Source: Camelus dromedarius (Eukaryota). From it: DNA of 64,000 nt. Below are positions 23,962 through 38,805 of the stretch, one piece after another. The translations under genes and the position numbers were made by a program. The notes under the pieces were generated by a model that made no database searches, had not been told where the DNA came from, and saw only the letters and a list, made by a program, of their open reading frames with translations. The stretch covers positions 26,910,001-26,974,000 of the forward strand of contig NC_087437.1 in the NCBI RefSeq assembly GCF_036321535.1. The letters are read 5' to 3'. The first letter of the stretch is position 1. Each line of letters opens with the position of its first letter.

Positions 23962-25159
23962 AATACACAGGAGTGGAGCCAGGCCTTCAATTGTCAGTTA
24001 GAACTGATTGCAAGCAGATAAAGTAGTGGTGAGAGGGAGAAGCAGGGAGGGAAGAAAGGGCAGGGGATGATAGCAGAAGTTGAAATATCTCTATGCCCCG
24101 AGGCCAGCTGTTCTCTAGAGGTAGCAGTTTTGTTTATTTTTCAGCCCTTTCAAGTCATTTCTCTTCATATTTCAGAGCTCAAACAGTGAATGAAATTTCA
24201 GAATCGCCTTTCCCCAAGGCTGAGCCATTCTGCTTCCTCTCAGTCAAATCTCGCTTCTCTCCCACTTGCTGGCCCCATTCCTCCACGTTCACTCTCCTCC
24301 TCCACCTGCAGAGAAGGCCAAACATTGTCTATTTTTGTCCACTTCAGTTCTGATTCTACTGCCCCTCAAGCTGGTGAGGGGACAAAAGTCAAGATATGAG
24401 AGAGACCTGGGAAAAGAATTATTAGGGTACTTTGTGGCCTCAGGGAATGTCCTGAATTATAGAAATAGCAGTGGGCCCCATTCAGTTTTGGAATATGGTC
24501 CAAAACTTCCATATGGCGTCAAAACTTACCTAGAAAAGCTTCCCCTGTGGATGAGGTCTCCTTCTCTTTCCAACTGAAGGCTAACTGGGAGACTGGAAGG
24601 GTACAAGGTCTCTTATGATTAACATCTTCAAAAATCTTTTTTAAATCTTTGCTGTGTTTGGGTTTTCCCCTCATTATTACCTGATCACACCCCTTTGTAA
24701 CATCATAGGTGTTACATCTACACATCCTCGCTAGGAGGCAGTGTGGGGTTAATCCCAGCTCTGCCACTAACACCCTAAAACAGAAAAAAATTCCTGTTTA
24801 CCTCCCAGGGCTGCTGCTTAAAGATCCAAAGATGTATTTTTGAATATTTATATTAAGAGAAATAGCCTGATCATATCATATATGTGAAAACTTTATAAAC
24901 TGATAGAGGTTACACAAGTGATCCTTTTACTTCTATTATAGAAATCTAAAAATTATAGTCCCCTGTTACGTAAGTGATAGCACTGGGACAACTTCCACCA
25001 AGTGGGCCTTTGAAATGAGTCTAACAAACTCCAAAGGCTCCATTCTTCAATCTGAAAATAAACCCGGCCAAAGTCAAGGGAATGGTAATGTTGGTAAAAC
25101 TGACATCAGGACACTAGATAACAAAGTATCTGAAAAATATTATACTCCCAATTAGCAGC

Positions 25160-25340
25160 GTTGTCTGAGAACCTGCCGCAGCTGCAGCCTCGTTTGGGAA
25201 ATTGCTGGAAGTGCAAATTCTCGTGTCCCAACCCAGAGCTTCTGGAATCAGATCAGAAGCACTGGGACTGGGGCGCAACAAGCCATGCCCAGGGAGCGTC
25301 CACATGATTCCGGGCGTTTGACTCTGGGTTTGAGAACTAC
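25160..25340. mobile_element. MER5A-like
   Basis: tgggaaattgctggaagtgcaaattctcgtgtccca...tcagaagcactggg...gtttgagaactac. Confidence 0.6.
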
Positions 25341-27280
25341 CTACCGCTGTACCCAAGGACTTTGTGCAGGGAAGGGCTTTCCAGGTGATTAACATTTCAA
25401 ACACCTGGCTTCAGCTCGCTAGCACTGGACCTAGACTCTGATTTTTTGATCCTCCTTTCTTGTTCTTTGCCGAGGTTTGCATCTGCTTTGCATTTTGAAT
25501 CTCAGGCCACAGGCTGGGGCTTGTTTTATTTTTTAGCACCTTAATTTGGACCCCTGTCCTGGGTGGAAGAGATCCATTTCAGTCCTGCCAGGTCTCTCCC
25601 CATCCCGAGCTACAAAGCTCCTGGGGTTAACTATGGACCTGGAAAATGGGTCTCACTTCCAGTCCCTCACTCCCTCGGGGTCCCCGCTCGCAGTGTGCCT
25701 GTGGGGCTCACAGCCTCCACACCCGGCATGGGGAGCACCCACCCATGTCACTCCTAGCTCCGAGGGACTCTCTCACCCTCCATGACCCCTGGCTTTATTG
25801 CTTTTCTGGGCTTTTACAAAAGACCAGGAGAACACTGAACTTCTGGTTACTTCTGCACTTATTCCTGCAGGAATCTCTGAAGCCTCAAAGCCCTAAGAAC
25901 CTGAAAGTCAGAGAGAACAAACACGAATTTTAAATTCCATAAGTTATCTTGCATAGGTATGTCCCACCGTCAGCTAAGCAATCTGATATATTCCACTTCA
26001 AGGTTATAGCTATGGGTAAAGTGTGAACATTTGCAGTCAGGTCATAGTAAGAGTAAGAAAATTCATCTTTTTCCTCTTTCATCTTCCATCCTTTTTCTTT
26101 GTAAAATTATCCAATTATTATAGACACAAAGATATAAACAATTTTTTTTAAAAGCATACAACCTTCCTATGGTTAAAAAAAATCCAAGTTTATGTTACCC
26201 ATATTCCTTTCCCATTTCAGTATTGATATATCAGTACACCTACTATTTTATATCCTGCCCTTCTCACTTATTATGAATGATTTCCATGTTACTATACAAA
26301 GCCCGTTAAACTAATTTATAGGGACTGCACGAAACTGATTAAAAATATGGACAAATCCTTCAATCTATATAATTCCAGCTCCTTAGAATTCTACATAACG
26401 CAAGTGTTCAGAGCAAACTTATCAATCTTTTCTTCCCTGTAAATTTCTCATTCCTCCCCACATTTAAGAAAACAGAATTTTTCCACATTTTACTCTATCC
26501 CTTTAATCTCTACTACATGAAACAGAAACTGCCTAAGTCAAGTGCCTCTGTGTGGGACACAGACAGAGACATAAAATCAGTGAAGAGTAGAGCCAGCTGC
26601 TTGCCCATTGCTGGAGGAAGAGCTCATCTTTCCTGCCTTTTATCCCACTCCAGGACTTTTCACCCAACTCCCTTGGGGTTCCCAAGGCTGGGCATGCAGG
26701 GCTGTCGCCAAGTGCTTTCAGCCCTGTGATAATATATGAGCAAAATCTGCTTAATCTTCCTTCCTAGAAACAAAAGTGATAAAGTCCAACCCTGGAATCT
26801 AAAGGAAAATCCTGAATGCAACTTCACCTTTCAAACGTCTGTAGTGGTTTTCAAAATATGTTTCACAGGGAGTGGTTTGGAGTAGTAGGTGAATGGAGAA
26901 TGGATTTTCTGTCCCTCGAACCTAAAGCACTTATACCCTGTGCATATTCCACAAATAAACAACGGCTGCCGGCTACCCATCACCCATTCTTCCTTAAGTA
27001 AACAACCTGACAGGCTAAGGCCCCAACAATGACTAGGATCAAACGTTCATTTATGGCCCCTTACATTTTCTCAAACATTTCAGGAGGAAAGGGGAGATAT
27101 ATTATAGTAATTCCTTTTCCTTCTTTATCCCCTATTCCCACATCCAACTTAGGCTCCATTAACTGAGCAAAAGATAGAAGAGGAAATGCTGGGTTGTTTT
27201 TTGTTTTTTTTTTTCCCATTATGAAGATAAAGAAATAATTATGAAGGTAATCTCCAAAAAACTACTAAAACATCCAAGGT

Positions 27281-28097
27281 TGTGTTAAAAAAAATTATTC
27301 ATAACACTAGTGAAAGACTAGCAAGGCAGACTTCGGGACCATTCTATAGGTGTGGGGACCATTGCAATGGGAGAGAAAGACTGGGTTCAACTCCAAATGC
27401 AATAAGAAAAAGTGGGAATTTGAAGCCAAGGAACAGGGTGAGGTCAGTGAATGGAAAATTACTAAGAAAATGTCAGTGGTAAGGCAGATAGGCTAATCTG
27501 AGCTGACAGGATTCTTGCTGAAGGGAAGGCGGTGATTAGATAACACCCAGAGGATCCTGGAAAAGGAACCTGATCAGATATTGAGGATAGGGGAATCTGG
27601 CTAAACTAGCTTAGCAGGATTCTTGCTGAAATTGGACAACAGAAGGGTAAACGCAGAAGCCCAAAAGTCAGGGCCTAGCTGAGAAAAGATATTCTAGTCA
27701 GTTCAGGCTGCTAGAACAAAAAGGTAGACCAGGTGATTTAAACAACAAACATTTATTTCCCAGGGTTCTGGAACCTAAGAAGTCCAAGATCAAGGTGCTG
27801 GCAGATGCGATGTCTGGTGAAGGCCCACTTCCTGGTTCCTAGAAGGCTATCTTCTGGCTATGTCTCCTGTGGTGAAAAAGGTGAGGGAGCTCCCTGGGGC
27901 CTCTTTTATGAGGGCACTAATCCCATTTCTGAGAGCTCCACCCTCTTGTCCTAATCACCTCCCAAAGGCCTCACCTCCTAATATCATCATCTTGGGTATT
28001 AGAAATTCAGCATATGAATTTGGAGGGGACACATTTAGTCCACCAGAGAGTTCAGAGACGGCTGATTAAAGTTTGGTCAAAGAGAGACTCTTGGTCA
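27281..28097 (-). mobile_element. ERV1 solo LTR (MER31-like), split by an MLT1A
   Basis: tgttaaaaaaaattattcataacact...ggaccattgcaatgggagag...aagtgggaatttgaagccaaggaacaggg; it resumes as agttcagag...aaagtttggtcaaagagagactcttggtca. Confidence 0.75.
27690..28043 (-). mobile_element. MaLR solo LTR (MLT1A-like)
   Basis: tagtcagttcaggctgcta...aagtccaagatcaaggtgctggcagat...tatgaatttggaggggacacatttagtcca. Confidence 0.85.
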
Positions 28098-28699
28098 GTT
28101 GCAGGAATATTTGGAAATTACAAAAGATTATTGGGAGTCTCCAGTGGAAAACTGGCACTATTTAGAGCCCATCTTTTCAGATTATCTGATTCCAACCTTT
28201 CATTGCTTTTTAGCTATTTTACAACTCTGTAAATTACAGATAAATGATAACAATTCAAAGTAAGGCTTGTCTGTAGACATGCAAATATATTCTGTCTGAT
28301 GGATGTTCAGTGGACTTTCCTCCTCCCCATGGAAAAAGCCAGTTTCCCTATTCATTTGTAAGTTCACTTCAACATTCCTTTATTCCATAATTTTGTGTTT
28401 TTTGACTTCTTGTTGGACCTGGTAAACATCTTACAGTTTCCTTCATTAATAATAAATTAAATAAAATTTTAACACATATTCATGTTATATCTAAACAAGA
28501 GTAATGATTTTAGCCTTTTTTGGAGGCTAAACAAGGTCAAGCCCCCCAATTCCAATAAAAGGACCAAAAAACTACCCTTCCATTCAAAGACTTGCTAAAT
28601 AAAATAAAACAATAATTTCCTTAAGTGAGTAGCTAAACTTGCAGATTATAACGGAGAATCCGCAAGTGCTATAGTGGTAAAGAAGGAAGGGAAAACCAA

Positions 28700-29932
28700 G
28701 GTGGTAAGCACAGGAGATAATCCTGTGGCTGTCCTGGAAGTGACAGAGGGACTAGAGACAAACTTTGGTTCCACAAGGTTTCAGGAGGTGGAGGTGAATA
28801 AATTGAGCCCTTTGGAGGCCTACACCCCTAGTGAAAGAAAGGATCAGAACAAAATGTGTCCACCACATCAGGAAGATGTCAAGGAAGCTTGTCTGTCTCT
28901 GACCTAGACTCTGGTTAAAAGCAGGGTTTTTTGTTTGGTTGGGTTTGTTTTGTTTTTAGAAATTTAAAACCCTGGGCCTAATACATCACAAGAATCTCAT
29001 GATCCAGGAGCTGCATCCCTACCCCACCCCAGCTGAGAAATAAATATAAAATGCTGTGAGATTAGTGATATCTTCCAGAAAAATCCAAAGCTCTTCTGTG
29101 GAAGAATGTTTCTACAACTTGGACCACTGCCTACTTTCACAGAAAACACAAGCCCCACTAAAGATGAGTTAACTGTAAAAAAGTGCTAAAGCGGGAGGAA
29201 ATAGTCTACCATAACTGAGTCAGTGAACTCAAGCACCAGAACTTGAGATAATTTAAAATATTTCTTAATAATCAAAACCAAAAAAAAAAAAAAAACTTTG
29301 AAAAAGAATTAAACAGAAATTTTAGAAGTAAAAAAAAAATTCTTAAAATTAAAAAACATGCATAATGGAACAATAGATGAATAAAAACCCATTAAATAAA
29401 ACTAAAGATAATTATCAGGCTAGAAGATGGATATGAGAAAATGAACCAAAATACCACAGAGATAAAGTGAAAGGATTGTGACCAAGACATTAGGAGACAC
29501 CGAAAGCAGTATGACAAGGTTAATCATACTTAAAATAGGAAATCCGAGAGGAAAGAGTCAAGAGAGAAATGTGAAGAGATAACTGGCAGAAAATTTTCCA
29601 GTCTTGGTGAAAGATATAAATCCCCAGATTCAAGGATCACTATGATCTGGAAATCAGGAAAAGTTAAGTTAGACCCACTGTCCCAAACACCTTAGTGAAA
29701 CTGAAAAACACCAAAAGCAAAGAGAAAGCCTTTTAAGACTTAAGAACTCTGAGAGGAAGTACGTAGAACTCATAAAGAAGGGACAGTAAATTGATAGCTG
29801 ACTTTATAACCACAATAACAGAGAGGCCAGGAGGAACTAGAACATCTTCTGATTGCTGAGAGGAGATAGCTGTCAACCTGGAGTCAATACCCAACTCATT
29901 CAAGAGGGAAGACAAAATAAAAACATTTCATA
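28700..29932 (+). mobile_element. Ancient L1/HAL1 5' region and ORF1 remnant
   Basis: gaagagataactggcagaaaattttccagtcttggtgaaagatataaatccccagattcaagg and later ORF1-like text. The left boundary is uncertain. Confidence 0.6.
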
Positions 29933-29936
29933 CAAA

Positions 29937-30040
29937 CTGGGTTCAATCCCCAGTACCTCCACTAACAAACAAATAAACCTAATTACCCCCCCAAATTTAA
30001 AAATTAAAAAAAACTTTTAAAAAGTTAAACAAAAAAAACC
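29937..30040 (+). mobile_element. 5'-truncated Vic-1-like SINE
   Basis: tgggttcaatccccagtacctcc...aaataaacctaattacccc, matching the 3' half of 2718-2846. Confidence 0.85.
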
Positions 30041-30044
30041 CTCA

Positions 30045-30582
30045 GTCTTATCAGATTATTCTCTTGCTAAAAGCCCTTTAATGGCTTCACAGCACATTTA
30101 GAATAAAATCCAAATTTCTTACGCTGTAAAGCCCTGTATTACCACCGCCTACCTATTCCTCCACCCTCCCCTCCTCCCACTCCGCCCATTGCTCTCCATC
30201 CCAGCCGTTCATGCGGTATCTCCTGCAGTTCCTTTAGCTCAGCTCTTCCTTGTCCCCCACTGACCATCAGGTTCTTCCTCTGCCTTGAAATAGATGGTTT
30301 CTCTGTATAATTCAGGTCTCAGATTAAACATAATCCGTCATGACTTACTTCACAGTAACCTGTGTTCCTTGTTATTGTTTTCATAGCACCATGGTTTCCC
30401 CCTTCTTAGTTATTTGTTTGTAATTATATATATATATATACACACACACAATTATTTTTGCAGTTTACTCATTTAATATCTATATCCCATGCCAGAGAGT
30501 AAGGCCTTGAGGGCAGGTACAGAGCCCCTAGGACTGTGCACACATAGGTGCCTTGAGCATCTTTTTTCAGCTGATGAATGGA
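30045..30582 (+). mobile_element. L2 3' fragment
   Basis: aaagccctttaatggcttc...tttagaataaaatccaaa...ccttgagggcagg...cacacataggtgc. Confidence 0.7.
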
Positions 30583-33094
30583 CTGGATAGCAATGGGGAG
30601 CAGTGAATTCTGAATAGGTGTGGAGCTAGAGGAATGCTCCGCCTCTATTTCACCACACACAGAGGTCACGTTGATCTCTTCTTTGAATCCTTTTGTTTCA
30701 TTTAATTGAAGCTTTTTGTCAGTAGAAAGAGGGTAAGAGTATTTTCATTTTCATAGTCTTTAAGGAGCAACATTGTTCCACAGAGCTAGCTTAGTGGGGA
30801 GGATTGTCTCCAGTGCCAGGCTCTGAGTCTACCACTCCCCACATTCCTCTCAAACAGAAACAGACGTCTTTGTCCTCTTGAGAATCACATACTCAGTGAG
30901 CCAAAGTCCTTCCTTAACATCTCAGCAATCACCGGGCGCCAATCCTGGGCTCCCCACTGGTGACTTTAGGGTCACAACTTTAGGGCATCTCAGTATATAA
31001 GCTGGTCCTATCCAACTGATTTGGGACCTTTTTCCTGTTGGGAGCTCAGGAGAACCTTTTGTTTAGTTTTAGCTGGGACATCCTAAATTTAGTAAGATTT
31101 AGTTTATAGAGTGTTGGCACATAATGCTGAATTTATCATCTGAGCAGCAGGGACTTAGTTCATAGCATGCTTTAAGTACTCATTTTCCTGCGTCCAGTGG
31201 ACAGCAAGTGGATACTGGATTGTGCCCAAGAGCAGAAGCAGAGTCTAATACAACGTATCTACTTGTCACCTGTCCAGGGCTAGTGTCGCTCATCTATTAA
31301 GATTTATACAGTAAATCACCCAATCTTCTTAATCTAGGTGGCCTGTGAAACCTGAGAGATTGTTCTCAAAGTGGTCATATTCTGGAAGTTATTCTTGTCA
31401 AAAAGATACAAAAGTAGATGTCAATGATGCAAAAAGAGCAGAATTCAAGGAAAGCCAGACGCAAGCTCAATAAACTCAAAGAAGCCAAAGAAATGGGGTC
31501 ATGCAAAAATTTTTTTAAAAACTCTCCCATGGCCGAAAGTTGCTGATGGAGAGTAGTAGTAAATAGTAGCTTAAAAAAATTTTTTTTGACTGTTGAATGC
31601 AATTTTTGCATTCAACAATTTTTAAATGCAAAATTATTGCATTACTAGGTAAGAAATGCAACCATTTTTTAAGGCAATATTTACCCATACTGTGAATGCA
31701 ATTTTTCCCTCCCTTCCCTTTCCTTCTCTTCCCTTCTCTCCCTTTTCTTTCTTTTCTCCACCTTAAACCCCTCCTTCCCAAAAGAGCTGGGCTCAACCTA
31801 CTGGGTTAATTTCTTGACAGTCTGATGGGTGTTAACTTGCAGTTGCCAAAACAAACAAATAAAAACACATGAAAGAAAAAAAAAAGAAGCAACCTACCAA
31901 TAAACAAACAACCTTTGTTGTGGGAAATACTGGAGAGTAATAGAGCCTCCCTCACAGTATAACTGACAGAGGTTCTGTACTCAAAGTGAACTTTAAGCAA
32001 GCACATCAGCAAATACCTGGAATTTCCTGCAAATAGTGCTAAGTGTCCTGAGGCAGGGAGTCAATAACCCAGCACTGAATGGTGTGAAAAGAGAACAGTG
32101 TGGATCACACACTAAGGGATCAATAGTCAACGCAATAAGAAGGCAAAATATATTGCTGAGTGCAAATGCATTCCTTGGTGAGGAGTTAATATCAGAGTCC
32201 CATTTATTCTTTTGTTTGCTAATTCGACCGATTCTTTTGAAAAGTTTGGACCCTAGGTGGGAACAAGACACACACCGTGCCTTTAAGGAATTTATAGTGA
32301 ATGTATTATTTGTGGTTTGATATATATGATGTGACAATTAATATATAATAGTGTGTAATATAACAATGGGCTGGAAGGAAGAAAACCACATATAATTCAT
32401 GTTCTGCGTTCTAGCTTTAGTTGTTTTCAGTTAACCCTTCTTATTAGATGGTTTGAGTCCAGAGGCAGAAGTGCTTCTTTACATGTTTTATGTAGATATT
32501 TAGACGATGTGGACACCAAATCACAATTGTAGTCAAGAGTGGAGAGCTCTAGTAAATAAAACCTTTAAAATAAGATTAATTTAAAAATAGACTTATTTTT
32601 TGGAGTATTATGTATTCTGCTTACACATATTAAAAACATAATTTTAAAAGACAGTTTTCCTATGAGCTTTTCATACTAACATTGAGTTTTACAACACTGT
32701 TCAATTTAGAAATCCACTCGACATTGCCTTTTATTGATTTTTAATTTGGTCAGTGTCTTGCCTACCCACAACTAATTATAGTCTCTTTAAAGATAGGATT
32801 TTATTCTCGCTTTTTACATATTTTTTAAGTGAGTTTGGGACACACACAAACATTAAATAAAATGATGAGCTCATCAAGTGATTACCATAGAAAATTGTTC
32901 TCCTTCTGGAGGAGAGCCATGACCTGCATGAACGTAAGGTTAAGAAAATTCTGTTTCTTCCTATGACATATAGTTTCTTTGTTTTCTAAATAATCTGTAC
33001 CTTGTTACTGGCTGTTGTTACTGGTGCCAGAACATACCCTCCAGTTGCTGTAACTCCCTAGCAGCTGAAGTAACAAAGAGTGTATGAAGTCTAT

Positions 33095-33528
33095 GGTATG
33101 AGGGCTTTAGGGCTGCCATCATAAGTTACCACAAACTAGGTGGCTTCAACAGTGCAAATTTATTTTATCACAGTTCTAGAAGCTAGAAGTCTGAAATCAG
33201 GGTGTCAGCCAAGTTGGCTTCCTCCGAGGGCAGTGAAAAAGAAATGACTCCCTTCCTGCCCCCTAGCCTCTGGGATTTCGCTGTCAGTCTTTGGTGTTCC
33301 TTGGCTTGTAGATGGCCCTCTTCTCCCTGTGTCTTCATATCATCTTCCCTATCTGCACGTTTATCTTTGTGTCCAAATTTCCCCTATTTGTATGGACACA
33401 GTCTTATCGGGTTAGGGTCCACCCTAACAACTTCATCTTAACTTGATCATCTATAGATAAGATCATATTCACAGTATGGAGGTTAGGACTTGTATATCTT
33501 ATGTGGGACACAATTCAACCCAAAACAA
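33095..33528 (-). mobile_element. MaLR solo LTR (MLT1B/C-like)
   Basis: tagggctgccatcataagttaccacaaactaggtggctt...gggacacaattcaacccaaaaca. Confidence 0.85.
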
Positions 33529-33729
33529 CTAGGTTGTGAGATTCTTTGATTTGACTGAGAACATCACCTAAATCTTGCCAAAAGACTTACACAATGTTCA
33601 CGCCTGACTTAGAGAGAGACATGTGCCCACATTTTATCATGAAGTCTAAAGGCTCCTCACAATTCCTACTGTTATTTTGTCAAGTGATTTTGTCTGTTTG
33701 AATATTCCACAATTTAGAGTACTGTCAAA

Positions 33730-36592
33730 TAGAAATGAATAAATTCCTGGAATTGTACAAACTTCTAAGACTGAATCAGGAAGAAACAGGTAATCTGAAC
33801 AGATTTATTACTAGAATAGAAATTAAATCAGTAATCAAAAAAACAAAGAAAAGTGCAGACCCAGACTGTTTTACAGGTGAATTATACCACACACTTAGAG
33901 AAGCACCTATACCTGTTCTTCTCCAACTATTCAAAAACATTTAAGAGACTGGAATGCTTCCAAACTCATTAGATGGAGGCAGCATTACCCTGATATCCAA
34001 ACCAGACAAAGACACAATGAGAAAAATTACAGGCCAATATCCCTGATGAACATAGGTGCAAAAATCTTTGGGAAAATATTAGCAAACCAAATTCAATAAT
34101 ATATTAAAAAGATCATACACCATAATCAAGTAGGATTTATTTCAGGTAATCAAAGATGGTTCAATATTTACAAATCAGTCAGCATGATACACCATATTAA
34201 CAAAATGAGAGAGAAAAATTTTATTATCTTCTCAATAGATGCAAAACAGTAGTTGACAAAATTCAACACTCATTTATCATAAACACTCTCAACAATGCAG
34301 ATATAGAGGAAACATACCTCAACGTAATAATTACCTTATACGACAAAGCTACAGCTAACATGGGTTAGTTAGCAATGAAAATGCTTTTCCCTGAGATTAG
34401 GAACAAGACAAGGGTGGCCACTCTGACCATTTTTGTTTAATATAGTTGAACATTGGAATTCCTAGACATAGCAATCATATGGGAAAAAAAAGAAAATGCG
34501 TTGGAATGGAATTGGAACAGAAGAAGTAAAGTGTAAAACTATTGCTATTTGCAGGTGACATGATACTATATATGGAAAACCTTAAAGACTCCACCAAAAA
34601 ACTATTAGAACTAATAAATAAATTCAGTAAATTTTCAGGATACAAAATTAATATATATAAATGTGTTGTATTTCTGTACAAACCATGAAACTATAAAACA
34701 AGCTATAAAAAAGAGAAATTAAGAAAATGATCCCATTACAATTGCATCAAAAAGAGTGAAATGCCTAGGATTAGGACCTGTACTCTGAAAACTATAAAGC
34801 ATTGACAGAAGAAACTCAACACAACACAAATAAATGGAAAGACAGACCAGACTCATGGACTGGAAGAATCAATATTATTAAGATGTCTGTACTACCCAAA
34901 GAGATCTACATATTCAGTGGAATACCTATCAAAATACCCATGCCACTTTTCACAGAACTAGAACAAATGATCCTAAAATTTGCACAGGGTCACAAAAGAA
35001 CCTGAAAAGCCAAAGCAATGTTAAGAAAGAAGAACAAGACTGGTGGTATCACACACTCTGGTTTCAAAGTATACTACACAGCTACAGTAATCAAAACAGT
35101 ACTGGCAGACAGATCAATGGAACACAACAGAGAGCCCAATAATGAACTCACACTTATATGGTCAACTAGTCTATGACAAAAGAGGCAAGAATGCACCATA
35201 GGGAAAAGACACTCTCTTCAACAAATGGTGTGGTGAAAACTGGACAGCTGCATGCAAAGGAATCAGGTTGGAGAACTTTCTTACATCATATACAAAAATA
35301 AATGGATTAAAAACTTAAATGTAAGAACTAAAACCATGAAACTTACAGAAGAAAACATATGCAGTAAGCTCTTTGACATTGGTCTTAGTAATATTTTTGG
35401 TAAGATATCTGTCTTCTCAGGCAAGGGCAATAAAAGCAAAAATAGACAAATTGGATTACGTCATTTAGAAAACCTTTTGCACAACAAAGAAAACCAACAA
35501 AACAAGAAGGCAACCTACTGAGCGGAAAAATTTGCAAATGGTATGTCTGATAAGATGTTAATATCCAAAAGACATAAAGAATTCACACCACTCAATATAT
35601 ATATAAAAAAAAACCAATTTGATTAAAAAGTGGGCTTAGGTCCTGAGTAGACATATCTCCAAAGAAGAAATACGGTCAAGAGGCTCATGAAAAGATGCTC
35701 AACATCTCTAACCATCAGGGAAATACAAATCAAAACCACAATGAGATATCCCCTCATTGAGATATCACTTGTCAGAATGGCTATTATCAAAAAGACAAGG
35801 AATAACAAGTGTTGGTGAGGATGTGGAGAAAAGGGAACCCTCATGCACTGTTGATGGGAATATAAATTGGTAAAATCATTATGGAAAGGAGTATGGAGGC
35901 TCCTCAAAAAAATCAAAATAGAACTACCATATGATCCAGCATTTCCACAGCTGGCTCTTTTTCTGAAGAAAATAGAAACACTAATCGAAAAGATACATGC
36001 ATCATAATGTTTATTGCAGCATTGTTCACAATAACCAAGGTATGGAAGACCCTAAGTGTTAATGAATAAATGAGTAGATAAAGAAGATATGACATATATA
36101 ATGCAATATTAGTCATAAAAAATGAAATCTTGCCATTTGCAACAAGATCGATGGAGCTAGAGGCTATTTTGCTAGGTAAAAAATTCAGACAAAGACAACC
36201 ATCATATGATGTAACTTATCTGTGAAATCTAAAAAAGCAAAACAAATCAAGCAAACATAACAAAACAGGAACACTCTCATAGATCTGGAGAACAAACTAG
36301 TGGTTCCCAGAGGGGAGGGTTGTAGGAGGCTGGGTGAAACGGGTGAAATGGTGAAGGGTATTAAGAGGCACAAACTTCCAGTTATAAACCAAGTAAGCCT
36401 CAGAGGTGTAACATACAGCCTAGAAAATACAGTCAATAAGATTGTAATAACTTTTTATAGTGACAGATGGTAACTAGATGTATCATGGCGATCATTCTGC
36501 AATGTATAAAAATATCTAATTATGATGTTGTACCCCTGAAGTTAATATAATATTGTAAGTCAATTGTACTTCAGCAAAAAAGGAAACAAATA
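33730..36592 (+). mobile_element. 5'-truncated older L1 (ORF2 RT region to 3'UTR), pseudogenised
   Basis: Fragmentary ORF2 peptides ([27 protein letters not shown] at ~34540; [16 protein letters not shown]). Many stops and frameshifts. Confidence 0.93.
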
Positions 36593-37929
36593 CAAAACCC
36601 AGTGCATTTAATATATACTCATAGAATGCTATATAAAAACGACAAGTTCTTTTCCTACCCCAACGTTGAACTATATGCCCACACACACGGCATACACACA
36701 TACACTGAACACAAAGTTTTAGCATGTAAAATGTCTGAAGCCTAATTAGGATGATTGAAGATGTGGGAATTGTGACACTCAGATTTTCTTGTGCTGATTT
36801 CCCTGCTGGCCTGTGCTGTTAGGATTTCTACTCTGCTGGATGCAAGAACATTGCCTGTGCCCTGTTCAGCCTTTTCTTACAAATCGTTTCTGTGATTTCC
36901 ACCCTGCTATGTGACACATATCTGCTCCATTGCTCTATTGCAGTTATTTTTCTCCACAGTTAGAGCACCCTCTATTATATAGTGCTTTCAAGTGAGCTTG
37001 TTAATATCTAAAATAGACTGAGTCATGTTCACTACTTTTCATTCCTTGCTCCTCAGTGCAGTAGGTGCTAATGGGAAGTAAAATGATGGTGAAGAACAAG
37101 CAGCAGGAATGAGAAGAATAAGGGAAAGATGTAGCTAATGTAGAAATTGGATAATTGCCTCTCAACATGTAGTTCTTGTCTTGTCCATTGTCCTGGTGAG
37201 TGAGAGGGAAGAACCTTGGATGATGAGGGGTGTGGTGGTGGCACAGTCTAGGGCTTTTCCCTCTCAAGATATACCTCAGCCTTTCATGTATTTCCAGTTC
37301 AAGGAATGCCCAATTATATCCAGTTATGCATCTGGTAATTACCGATGTGTTAATATCTGACACTTTCCCTGGCAAACTTATAGTCTCCAAATTTTGAAGA
37401 GGAATTTTAATAAGAGTATGGATAAACAAAATAAGTCGAACAAGGCCAGTTGCTCCATGTAGATAGTTAATATTTTTACCTGATGGAAATTTTTTCTGGT
37501 GTTAATGTATTCCTCTCCTCACTCATTCATTTATTCCACAGATGTTAATGAAGGCTTCCTGGGAAAGATGCTTGTTATGTGAGACTGTCCCAGACCACAG
37601 GGGCTGAAGTTCAAGGAATGCAGGACACACTGTCAGCTATGGGAAATGTTTTGACATAGATTACTTATTATGTTTAATCACTCTCAGCATAGGCTTTGAG
37701 CATTCATTTATGTATTTGTTGAAATAGAAGAACTACCTGATTTTTTAACGTACCTTTGTGCAGGCTAGAGGATCTCTTAAAGAAGGAAATAGACCCTGGA
37801 TTTAATTTTTCCACAAAGGCAAATGTTCCCTAGGCTTTAGAACAACAATAACAACAAAACTCCCTGCAATATTTTTGGCTCTGTTAAGGGTTCTGTAATA
37901 TCTAAAAGGGATTGTTGATGTTCATTTTT

Positions 37930-38432
37930 TTTTTTTAATAGACTTTATTTTTTTAGAGCAGTTTCAGGTTTACAACAGAATTGAGCAGAAAATACAGAGT
38001 TCCCACACATATATACTTCCCTACCCTCAACAGCCCTCATCAGTGTGGCATATTTGGTACAATCGATGAACCAACATGGGCACATTATTATCAACCAAAG
38101 TCCATAGTTTACATTAGGGTTCACTCTTGATGTTGTACATTCTATGGGCTTTGACAAATGCATAATGACATGTAGCCACCACTATAGTATCACACAGAAT
38201 AATTTCATTGCCCTAAAAATCCTTTGTTTTCCATCTATTCATTCTTCTCTCCCTCCCTCTCCCCAGACCCCTGGAAAACACAATCTTTTTATTGTTTCTG
38301 TAGCTGTGCCTTTTCCAGAATGTCACTTGGTTGGAATCGTACAGATTGTAGCCTTTTCAGACTGGCTTCTTTCATTTAGTAATATGTCTTTTAAGTTTCT
38401 TCTATGTCTTTCATGGCTTGTTAGATCATTTT
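37930..38432 (-). mobile_element. L1MC1-like 3' end
   Basis: tttagagcagtttcaggtttacaacagaattgagcagaaaatacagagttccca...aagtccatagtttacattagggttcactc. Confidence 0.85.
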
Positions 38433-38559
38433 TTGTTGTTGCACATATATTTTTTAATTTACATATATGTACTGTTCATAGTTTCTAAGAACGTTTAGAG
38501 CTTTAGCTTTTTTAACTTACATAGTTATCAAAGGAATAAAGCCAACCACAAAATAAGAA

Positions 38560-38748
38560 TTAACGCAAAAAGATACATACACCCTGCTATTAACAGCAGA
38601 ATTATTTATAATTGCCAAGATATGGAAGCATCCTAAGTGCACATCAATAGTTGAATATATAATGGAGATGCAGTGTGTATATATATATATATATATAACG
38701 GGCTACAATTCACCCATTAAAAAAGAAGGATATTTTGCCATTTGCAGC
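38560..38748 (+). mobile_element. L1 ORF2 C-terminal fragment
   Basis: aaagatacatacaccctgctattaacagcag...aattgccaagatatggaagc...ttttgccatttgcagc. Confidence 0.8.
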
Positions 38749-38805
38749 CCATCATTCACTTTCTTTTTTCACTTCAAAAACCAGAATTTTATAACTAGCA
38801 GAGAC

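Noticed and set aside
31330..31570. K/E/R-rich stretch after an acceptor-like site, possible exon or processed pseudogene
   Set aside because: Frames are short and interrupted, I recognise no parent protein, and there is no polyA or TSD.
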